Source: Bugula neritina
Lineage: Eukaryota > Animalia > Bryozoa
Direction of reading: 5' to 3'
Assembly (NCBI GenBank): GCA_964035545.1
Contig: OZ037765.1
Coordinates: forward strand, 22,691,504 to 22,755,503
Length of the DNA: 64,000 nucleotides
In this document: piece by piece, positions 54,001 through 64,000 of the stretch
Layout: every line of letters begins with the position of its first letter
How positions within the stretch are numbered: position 1 is the first letter of the stretch
The notes under the pieces: generated by a model
Seen by the model: the letters and a program-made list of their open reading frames with translations, nothing else
What the model was told of the DNA's origin: nothing
Databases searched by the model: none
Program-made: the position numbers and the translations under genes

Positions 54001-57000
54001 TTCTTGTATTATGTTAAGAAATTTATTTTTTTCAAGTTGATTTTGTTGTATTAAATTATGAGCTGTTCACTTGTTTGTTATATGGCTATCAGCATACAAT
54101 AAAGTGAACCTCTTCACCATTGTGTAAAGTTTTGTTTTGTGTTTATTGATTGTTTCCTGGGTTTGTAATCAGGTAACGACTTGGCTAGAGTTTTGAGGTG
54201 GGGTCCAGGTTTCACGGGTGGCACGGAAGATTTGACTGCACTGCTGAATGATATAATCGTGGCAGAAGATATTCAGTTAGACAGGTCAGAGAGAAACTGA
54301 AGCTTAGCTAGACTAGCAAATATAATTATATTATAGTAAAATATTTAACATTTTATACCATTCTAAGCTTCCTTCTTACATATATTATCTGATTCATGCT
54401 GACACTTTTCACACTTGACTGCTCACTAAATTGCTTCTTACTGAAACTTTTATCAGTTACTATTGAGTGTTCTTTTTGATAACTAAAACCAAAATTATCA
54501 TTGTTACTCTGGAGTGCTCGACAGGCCACCATTTATACTGGCTGTTGCTGCTCAGAGCTGCGTATAACCATGGTTCTACATTTGTTGTGGGTGGACAGGT
54601 GGACGGTGATCTTCTACTGTGATAAAGAGCCCGATGACCCGGCAGCTATTCTCGACAGCGATTGTCAGATAGCAGACACGAATGAAGAGAACACACAGAT
54701 GTATGTTATGAACAACTACATGGGTGTTGGTATTGACGCTGAACTATCCCTTAGCTTTCATAATGCCAGACAGAAAAACCCAGATAAATTCAACAGCAGG
54801 TTTGTACCTATCAGTCCTGTATTTTGCTGCATTTTCTTCAGTTCATGAAATCTGGCATTGTTTATTCTAGATCAGTTTTTTTATATTAGCACCTCAAGTT
54901 TTTTTCAAATGGCAGTTTCCTAGAGTTAAAATGAGTTTTCTCTTAATGTTTCTGTTTAGAAAGAAAAAAATTATTTTTTCATTTAAATAATCGACTGTTA
55001 AAACAATTTGAAACTTATAACGGAAAAACTCAATAATAATTCATATATTTTCAATTATTTGAATTTAGAGTTCCAGTATTTATGACTATACAAGTGTGTA
55101 TGCACTGGTGTTCTAGTTGTAGTCTTTACACATTGACTTTATTCTAGTTATCTGCCATTCTACTGCAGTTAAAATTTCATCTCAATTATGCTAGAGGCAG
55201 ATATGTTTTAATTTGTTTTGCTAACAAATGTATATTTATATTTATTGTTTTTTTACAGGATACATAATAAAGGTGTTTACTTTAAAGTTAGTTTGAAAAA
55301 GATGACCAATAGAGAGAATAGACTACTCAACAATATTGTTATTCTAGAAGTTGATGGGCGGGTTGTAGACCTTCCTCCATTAGAGGGCCTTATAGTTCTC
55401 AACATTCTTAGGTAAAGATTCTCCCGTTGTTGTAAAATTGCATATTCATGTTTTCTTGCTTACCATTTTATAACGAAAACTTACTAATGTATTATTATAT
55501 TTGGTTGTATAATTTGCCATATAGTTTGCTAAATTCTGAACAGTTTCTTTCATGTTGCAGAGCTGTTAATTTGAATTTATAGAAATGATTAAGGCTCACT
55601 CTATGTTTTATTTGTAATAGTTTTATGTAATGCACAGTATAGCTCACGTTGCATTACATAACTGTATTGTTACTATGGTGTATGTTAAACAGCTGGGGTT
55701 CTGGCTCACACCCCTGGGGTATTGAGAAGGATCCCGTGTTTAGTACCCCAAACCATTGGGACGGTCTGCTGGAGGTCGTTGGTGTGACTGGAGTGGTTCA
55801 TATGGGGAAGATTACAGGGGGACTGAGTAATGCTAAGCGCTTGGCTCAAGGAGCGCATGTGAGTCAGTCACGTGTAAATGTGCTGTTACCACTTCTTATA
55901 TCTTACTAGAGTTAACTCTTATTGCTTTAAATTTAATGAGTGACCAGCTGGTTGTATCAGGCATGATTAAAAGTTGAAACTAAAAGGTTCACAATCATAT
56001 TTTGAGCCATTTTTTAGTGATGAAATGCAAAGAAGGGAATGGTTTTATTTATCTGTGTAGCTTCTTCCAATTTAGATATAAAAGTGCACTGAAAAAGAAT
56101 TTATCTCAACAAGGCTGACTGTCTAAGTTGATGTGTTAGTAGCACCTCTGCTATCTGGAGTGAATATTTTAAGATAAGAGCTTAGCTGAGCTAGATTTTG
56201 TATGTAACACGATTTCCCAACATTTGGAAGAAACTAAAAAAGTTCAGTTATATTGTAGAAATAATAAATAAGCAAAACTAAGCAGATTTTTGTGTCTTTT
56301 ATCTGAAAAAATAGCCTCAAAAACATAGCTATAATTTTCTTCATTTTACTTTTGGATTTCATTCGTCAAACCCATTTTTTAGTAGGTCATGGTATATTAA
56401 TTCTGTGTTGTCTTTAAATATTTTTTTTTAAGTTTTGTTGCTCATCTTTTATATTTTCTTTCATTCAAAAATTCTTCCTTTCTGTTGCTATTGTCTCATA
56501 AAAAGTTAGTAGTTCCAAACAATTAAAGTTTCCGTTGCTTGTCTGTGAAAAAAATGCTTTCGACTTATTAAAACTTGGCATCAAATATCACCCTGCAAAG
56601 TTAATATAACTGTTGTTGTTTGATAGATAAAGTTGACTCTGTTAGACACGGTGCCTATACATATAGACGGCGAACCCTGGAATCAACCCAAAGGCTCCTG
56701 TACCATCATAAAGTCAGCCCTTAAGGTAATGTCGGCATCGTACTGGCTCTGCTGTCGTACAGTGTTTACTATGGTTTATATATACACTTACTTCTTATAT
56801 CTATATTCAGTATAACAAATTTTGAACATGTGCCTTTTACGTTAATACTACTGTATATATGCTAGTTACTAGAGGAATACTAGTAATATAATGTATGCAT
56901 TTATGTGCTCACAGGCAACTATGATGAAGAAGGCTAAGAATAAAGTTAAAAGAAGAGATACGGAGCCAAATCTATTATCAATGGATGACGGGGCCGCTGC

Positions 57001-57028
57001 TCTACCTCCCCCTCATACGGTTGATTGA
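39570..57028 (+). CDS. DGKQ: Diacylglycerol kinase theta (3x C1, RA-like region, RRM-like region, DAGKc/DAGKa)
   Basis: 21 phase-consistent exons: 39570..39702, 40292..40371, 41094..41196, 44511..44599, 45013..45144, 47293..47440, 47742..47966, 48213..48307, 48674..48749, 49240..49381, 50082..50310, 50931..51081, 51542..51699, 52244..52395, 53719..53867, 54173..54284, 54599..54799, 55259..55411, 55693..55858, 56627..56725, 56915..57028. Motifs: [78 protein letters not shown]. Confidence 0.95.
41432..41513. repeat. Perfect 82-bp spacerless palindrome flanked by (TA)n tracts
   Basis: The 41-bp arm caattttggatataaaaataaacttatatattcattttatc is immediately followed by its exact reverse complement. 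(TA)n tracts lie at ~41379-41408 and ~41527-41547. Confidence 0.9.
41957..42266. repeat. Compound (TGAC/TCAC/TAAC)n tetranucleotide repeat
   Basis: Directly visible ctgactgactcactcact... array. Confidence 0.9.
42379..42460 (+). mobile_element. tRNA-derived SINE-like fragment or tRNA pseudogene
   Basis: A-box-like tagtgtatgggg and B-box-like ggttcaactcc at tRNA-like spacing, followed by a T run. The stems are degenerate. Confidence 0.4.
46481..47270. repeat. 22-bp minisatellite (ctatatactagtcatactatag), ~36 copies
   Basis: Highly homogeneous tandem array in a DGKQ intron, ending ~20 nt before the acceptor at 47292. Confidence 0.95.
48018..48043. repeat. (GT)n microsatellite
   Basis: Directly visible. 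Confidence 0.9.
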
Positions 57029-57187
57029 TATTTAACTAGTTCAAATGATGTATCTTCTAAATATAGATACAGTGATATTTATAGAATTATTTTATAGCCT
57101 GTGTTCTGTTATTTTATCTTGGTGGCTGTGGTCTAAAATAGCCTACTTGTTTCCCTCCTACTTTTCTTCCCTGTTTCAAAGCAAATG

Positions 57188-57192
<5 letters not shown>

Positions 57193-57274
<82 letters not shown>
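57193..57274. repeat. (AT)n microsatellite downstream of the DGKQ stop codon
   Basis: Directly visible. Confidence 0.95.
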
Positions 57275-57279
<5 letters not shown>

Positions 57280-58878
57280 AGTATTATCTTAATATATTAT
57301 CTATTACTTGTACATTTAATGTATCTATTTTCTTTTTCGTGTCTAGTTAATTCATGCTGTAAATTACACAGTTTTATTTTTAAAACACTTGCCTTTGTAA
57401 TATCCTAGTAGCGATATGAAAGGCGTGCTGGACACCAGTAACATTCTCTAATATGCTGCACTACATAGTATTTTTATTTTCACATCTAGTCACCTGTTGC
57501 AGGCAATCACACACATGCTTTTAAACTCGCTGGTCGCTTTAGTTTAACTCATGTGTCGTTCTTTACACAAATTATCTGCATAATGTTGTATTACTTTTTA
57601 TTTTCTATTTCTTCCATGTTCTTATTATTTGTAGTTGTGCGTACTATTATCTTTATATAGTAGTTTATCTGTGTTACTGCTGCTAGATTTTTTAAGCTTG
57701 TTTAATGTTTTGGGTAACTATGTTGAAACTGTCCATTACAATTCATTTTTAATGACGTTTACTCTGTAGCTTATATCCATGTTTAAAATTGGTATTGTTG
57801 ACATATGCTAGTTAGAATTTTCAAGTTTTTAGGATCTTTTAAGCTATTAGAAAGTTGTAGAAAATGGCGGGCCATAAAATTTTTTAATCATGAAAAAATA
57901 TCCTGAATGTCTAGAATAATTCAACTGCCTGTAAATCATAATAATTTGTTATATGAGAAAATAAAAGCAGAAATATGTCAGACGTGCTGTGTTTTGATTT
58001 TAGCTCAAACAAAGCATGAAATGCTAGATTTGCGATACTTATTATGTTTTTATGGCAAAAGTGCATAAACTCTGTTACAATAACCCTTAAATTTAATATT
58101 TTTAAAAAAATTGGTGCATCAAATATGTAAGACATAATAAATGAACTAGAAATGGTAGTACTAATCATTTGAATGCATATAATACAAACTTTATAATAAA
58201 TATTATGCAGGAAGTTTTATTGCAGATTTTGAAGTTACATGAAGCTTATTTTAAGTTTCAGATTCTGCACATCTATACTGGAAATATTTTGTTACATTAT
58301 TGACAATTCAAGCTAATTCACTAGTCATATAATATTTCAAAGATAATTTGAAACAGAGCAAATAGTCTGCTCAAACAAAAAAAATAGCATCATACCGTAT
58401 GAGGAGTATAAGAATTTAGCAGGTGGATGTTTAAAAAACACTGCAAGTGATACATGATTGACTGCTAAGGTATATTGAGTGTTGTTACATCATTAAGGTT
58501 AAACGTGTAAATTTTATCAGCACTTACTAATCAGATATACTGGCTGATGTTATGCAGATATGGATCAACTGTCTTTTCGGAAGGTCCTTTACTAGGCCAG
58601 GTTATTGTAACGAGTAAAGATAAGGATAATTTATCATCTGTTTATCTCCCTATTTGAATAGATATGATTGTTTTGAAAACTTGCATTTGCAGATAGCAAA
58701 AAGTTTGGTGCTTGTAGAAGATAATTGTGAAGCCAATTGGGAAATACATTGATATATCCTCTGCAAAATAGACTACAATTTGTGGAGCACATGCTACTAC
58801 CAAGACGATAATAGAACCATACATAAGGCTACGTTTCAGATTAGTTGCTTAAGGGTCCAAGTAGCCTAGCAATTCAGG

Positions 58879-59513
58879 ATGGTGGCTGCTGCAAAGTTGC
58901 TTGTGACAGCAATATTAATACTTTTCATAGTTAATACGGTAATTATAACAAATCTGGTTTCAAATTTATGCTTAATTTGTCCAAGTTCTCTTAAAGCTGG
59001 CATTTCAGCAGCAAGCATCTTTGTTGAAATACAGTTTGTGTTTATATTAAATATGGATCAACATAAATAATGCGATATGTAACCACACCTACTACTAATT
59101 TAAAAGTTTTCATAGCAAAAGCATTTTCTATAAACTTAAACTTAGAGTTTTCATTTAACAAAAATAATAAGTTTAAAATTCGTAACTTTTCTGTATAGTA
59201 GAATAAAAATGTTAGTTTACTTAGTTTAGTTCAGATGTCTCTGCAAAGTAATTTATACTACTGCTTCATAGCAAGCTTTGAACAAAGCAGAGGAATATGA
59301 CTTGAGAGGAAAAATAAGAAAAATGATAACCGAAGATGGTGACATTCCGGAACTGACCCCTGGTGGCGGAGGACCCATGGAGCTTAAGATGGTGGCTGGG
59401 CTGGTGAGATTAGCCTTCCATGATTGTGTTGGGAAAAAGTGTGATGGCTGTATTAATAAGAAGAACCCAGAAAATGCAGGTTAGATGCTTCTAATAAACA
59501 GATCTAGCATTAT

Positions 59514-59589
<76 letters not shown>

Positions 59590-60467
59590 AGGACTGTGAA
59601 GGAAGTGGAATTGTTTTGTCGTATTGGTTTTCAAAACCTTTACTTGCCTAATATTTTTGAATTTTTCAACTATAAGCAGAGTCTTGGACTTGACTTAGAA
59701 CTTATCCTAGTCAGCATCTATTATTGCTACATCAAATAATGTCTGATTTATAATGTTAAACGATGAACCTGCCCATTAGGTCTTGAGTTCTACATTGAGA
59801 AGACTGAAAAGTTGTACCAGAAAGTCAAAAATACTGTAACACCCAAAATATCAAGAGCAGACTTCTGGGCCCTCGCCGCTTTAGAAGCCATTGACTTTGC
59901 AGTAGACCGTGCCACATGCAGAAGATGCAAGAGAGTAGGTCCAGTTATCAAGTAAGTATTCAGGTGTTTGGAGATTACAAACTTACTATACAATTCTATT
60001 ATTCCACAGTCATTTTTCTGCATTCAAAAAGTTTGGAATCTGCAAATTCTTAAAACTTGCTTTGTTACTCTAATCTAAACAGATTGGACTAACACCTAGA
60101 GACTTAAGACAATTGCTATTTAGAAACCAGGTCTTCAAATGACATTGATCATGTTTTACCCAGGATGCATTAGCTATGAAATGTCTACAGCTTTGTTATG
60201 AAATTACACAAATATCTATTATAACATCACAGGATGAAAACTGGCCGTAAAGACTGTGCAGGAAGCCCAAAAGGATCTCCCTGGACAAATGATTGGCACG
60301 AGTTCCCAGACCCTCTTGGGACAACTAAAGATACAACATCGTATTTTAAGAAAATGTTTGATTTTGGAGACATGGAGACTGTTGCTATTTTAGGTAAAAT
60401 TATCCTGTTCCCAAAGTGGTTTTAACTCTTTCACCAAGATTAGATACATTGTCATAAATGTACAGTG

Positions 60468-60566
<99 letters not shown>

Positions 60567-61736
60567 TATAATATATATATAGTATATATATAGTATATCT
60601 AGTATATATATAGTATATCTAGTATATATATATATGTATATGCTTATAAATGTTTTCATTTCAATGAAAATATTTATATAATTAGCTCATATATCTTATG
60701 CAGTAAAGCCTGTCATAATAAGCCGTAGCAACATAAAAAATGTGTACAATAGTCTGTGTCCTATAAAATAAAAGTCCTGTAACCTAAAATCCAAGCCAAC
60801 AGTTAAAAACTTGAGCTAGGATGTAGACAGCTTCTTTTGCACATAAACGACTAGGCTGTGATATCTCAAAATACTAATACTGTGTCAGTTTCAGTGTTAA
60901 TTTGTGTTATCATATAAAGGAAATGTAGTTCAGTTATATATTTCAGTCTAGCAAAATTATAAATTCATAGCCTGCGGTTTCAGTTTTAATAAGAGATTTT
61001 TTAAAAAAAACTTAATGGCTTAACTTGTCAGTTTTCATCTTTGACAAATTAAAATAAGTACTAAAATTTCAGGCGCTCATACCCTGGGCCAAGCTCACCC
61101 ATCAGCCTCAGGGTTCAGCCGGCCATGGGTACCGCAGAAGAACAGATTCAACAATGATTACTACAAGGCACTGTTGAAGAAGCAGTGGACTCAGGTCAGT
61201 GTGAGACGGAGACCTCGCCAGCCTCAAAAATGGCAATGGGTAAGAAGGCTATTTTACTGCATTCTAATAAATTGGAATGTTCATGATATATTGTGCATGC
61301 TTGTATATTAGGTCTGTAAATAGTTTAAAGCAATGACGTCAGTTAACAAGTAGTAATTTGAATACTTTATATGTGACAGAGATATAAGGTCTGTGCAGGT
61401 GTAACTACTTTAAAGATCCAATATCTAACTAACACCATTTATCTTGAATGCACACAGGAAAATAATGATGAGCGGAGAGGAACAATGATGCTAAACTGTG
61501 ACATGAGCATGCTCAAGAATTTGACAGATGTGTCAAAATACGGAGAGGTGAGAGGTTGTACCTATAAAACATGCAAGACTGTCACCCCAGGCGAGTCCAA
61601 CACAGCCGTGTGGGTGAAGAAGTTTGCGGCAGACAATGAACTGTTTATGGAGAAGTTTGGCAAAGCATTCCAGAAAATGATTCGTCACGGATATACCAAC
61701 CTTCAAGATGTTGACCCTTACAAGGGATTCGGTTAA
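58879..61736 (+). CDS. Secreted ascorbate-peroxidase-like heme peroxidase (non-animal peroxidase-catalase superfamily), ~348 aa
   Basis: Model join(58879..58938,59272..59479,59780..59951,60233..60393,61073..61239,61458..61736), phase-consistent. It has a hydrophobic N-terminus, distal motif [27 protein letters not shown], proximal GAHTLG, FNNDYY, LNCDM and FGKAFQKM. Confidence 0.9.
59518..59586. repeat. (AT)n microsatellite in a peroxidase intron
   Basis: Directly visible. Confidence 0.95.
60472..60640. repeat. (AT)n microsatellite with degenerate tail in a peroxidase intron
   Basis: Directly visible. Confidence 0.95.
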
Positions 61737-62580
61737 TTAATATTTCATGTCGCTAACATTTACTACAAAATAGCTTTAAAACCTACCCATCAACAATTAT
61801 ATTACTGTATTATTAATTTGACTCATTTTCAGCAAAAAAATAAATAAAATTTAAAGTACAACAGCCATTAGCACTATTGGTAATTTACTTGGAACAGCTG
61901 AAGTTCTAATTACAATGCACCGACAAAATTCATCTTGATTGAGATTTCAAAGTTTCTTTGGTACCAGCAGCAATATAACTTGCATGGTGAGTGAGCTTGC
62001 AAGATTAGAGCTAACTTTCTTGAACTTTGGTACGACAACAAAAGCATCATTGACATCAGATACTAACTTTTCCAGTATTCAAATAAGAGCATGCCATGCA
62101 TTTAATGATTAAATTTCAAGTAAGTTAAATTATTATCTAATCAAGGTTTTATTTAGCTCAACTGAATGCCCAAAGAATATTTCAATCAATATAACTTATG
62201 CCCTAAACAGATAACACTGATATATAGTAAAGTCATAACACAGCATTGCTGCCTATTGTTGAAACACAATATAGTCATTTTAACAGCCACAAGAAAAATA
62301 TATTCCATCAATATCAGTAATAACTTAATAAAAAAGCAAGTACAAGTCAGCCCAAAATCTTCACAAGATTATGAGATAAAATAACAACACAATAGTGGAT
62401 CTCATGTAATACTAAAGCCACAGGTTTTAAAGTCCATAATAATAGTACCATTAATTTAATGGTAGTATAAAAGTAATGAGATAGAAAATCAGTAGTTCCA
62501 CAGTGACAGCTTGTAAACGGCACTGCTAGACGCGAGTGTTGAGAAGATAATCCCCAACATCACACATTAATATTGTTCCA

Positions 62581-63751
62581 TCAGCAAGTTAGTCCTTTCC
62601 TCTTCACTACCTGCACATCCTTCATGTTCAGGTTAACAGATATCTTAGGAGCTTCAGGAGCCGGTTCGGTCATGACAAACCTGACAAACACCACAAGATG
62701 CATGCATAAAATTGATTGATGCGAGCCAACGCCAAAATTATATAATGTTTACGGCATCAAAATGAAATGAAACCTGCTGTACCAAATACTAGCACACTGG
62801 CTAATTTCATATCAAGTATTTTTAGTTCCAACACCGAAATACGATACAAATGTTATCTCTAATATATGATTACATGCATAAGTTTGAAAAAGAGAATTTC
62901 TTGCATTTAACCTGATTAATATTGACATCTCAACAAAGATTATATAAAGTGCTTTGTTTCACCCAACACAATTGTTTGCACTACACTTTGCGGAGTTGCC
63001 AACCCTTTGCGTACACAGCTCAAATTTACTAGATCTTGCTGATTACATACTACAAAGAAAAGCTGCAATACCTTTTAAAGTCATTGAGCTCTTTAGCAAA
63101 CTGATCATGCTCCTCAACCTCTTCATCATCCATGGGTAAGAATATATCATCCTCAAACTTTTCCTTCTTCCCAGATTTCTTCCTTCCCATCTGCTGCTCC
63201 TGTAGCACAACATTAGTTACTTGTAAACAAAACTCACTGAAGGAAAATATCTGAACAATAATATTGATTCATATTTACAGCAATAAAACATAACATAAAA
63301 CATATCTGAAGAACATGGTTCTGCATTTGATACAAATAAACAGCTGATTATACCTGATGAGACCGGATTGAATGATTCCTTTGACCACGGCCACACGTGA
63401 CATTGTATACATCACCATTGTGGGTGTGAGAGGACTGCTGGGATGGCGTAGACTCCTGACCTTCTGGTTGTAGTCTCTGAGAGTTTGGTGCACGTTTAGC
63501 AGGAGCCTGTAACATGTTATGACACAACTTTTACAGGAAGCACTAAACCTCTACAGATAAACACTGTGTGGTTATTCAACTATTCATAAGATTTCTTGAC
63601 CCACAATTTAATAAATTAATGCAGTACCTTGCTAATAGCGTGATTAAGTTTTCTATCATCAATACTGGTGGCTAGTGTAGGGGAGACGTTCTCAATCAGC
63701 CTTTTCCTTTTATCAGAGACATTCAGTTGCTTTTTTGTGTTTGCAGGATAT
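62581..63751 (-). CDS. FAM193: FAM193-family protein, 3' partial (gene continues beyond window)
   Basis: Exons 63628..63751, 63354..63506, 63072..63199 and 62581..62680 are phase-consistent. The C-terminus FEDDIFLPMDDEEVEEHDQFAKELNDFKRFVMTEPAPEAPKISVNLNMKDV matches the FAM193 C-terminal motif (DDVFLPKD...E...FKRFC). Confidence 0.7.
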
Positions 63752-64000
63752 CTGAATATTCATAGCATATTATATTGTAGATATTATATTGTAGCTACTA
63801 TATTGTAGATACTATATTGTAGATATTATGAAAGTAATGATATTATCGATAGCAAGATTTCAGAAACATAGTATATATTATGAACTATTTAGCATACCTA
63901 GTATTAACACTTATAGCAAATTTAGGACAAATTATCACAACAAATTCCATGATTGGATGCTACTAATAATTGGTAGTTATTATATAACTTTTATTGGAGT

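Noticed and set aside
57045-60659. ORFs containing IYIYIY runs
   Set aside because: They are translations of (AT)n microsatellites.
63275-63493. Listed 72-aa ORF (MHQTLRDY...)
   Set aside because: Splice phases show the FAM193 exon 63354-63506 is read in a different frame (APAKRAPNSQ...).

Overview
This is an AT-rich, intron-containing animal genomic window. It looks like an invertebrate, plausibly a lophotrochozoan, but the taxon cannot be proven from the sequence. I rebuilt six host genes by hand from GT/GC-AG splice sites and reading phase: (1) an anterior Hox (Hox2/pb- or Hox3-like) gene with no other Hox gene downstream, (2) seipin/BSCL2, (3) a ~1350-aa LRR-Roc-COR-caspase fusion gene, (4) diacylglycerol kinase theta, (5) a secreted 'non-animal' ascorbate-peroxidase-like heme peroxidase, and (6) the 3' end of a FAM193-family gene. 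Seipin introns hold a 4.9-kb TTAA-flanked Kolobok-like transposon (intact KolX/P2X7-ballast-like gene, dead THAP transposase), a CAC..GTG TIR element cluster and several MITEs. The standout is the LRR-Roc-COR-caspase gene (23592-32832, minus strand). It is a candidate single-chain sensor/GTP-switch/protease receptor. Most of its LRR array is built from five tandem, frame-symmetric 144-nt exons whose variation concentrates on the predicted ligand-binding face, and its caspase has a remodelled substrate pocket. All gene models are manual predictions without transcript support.
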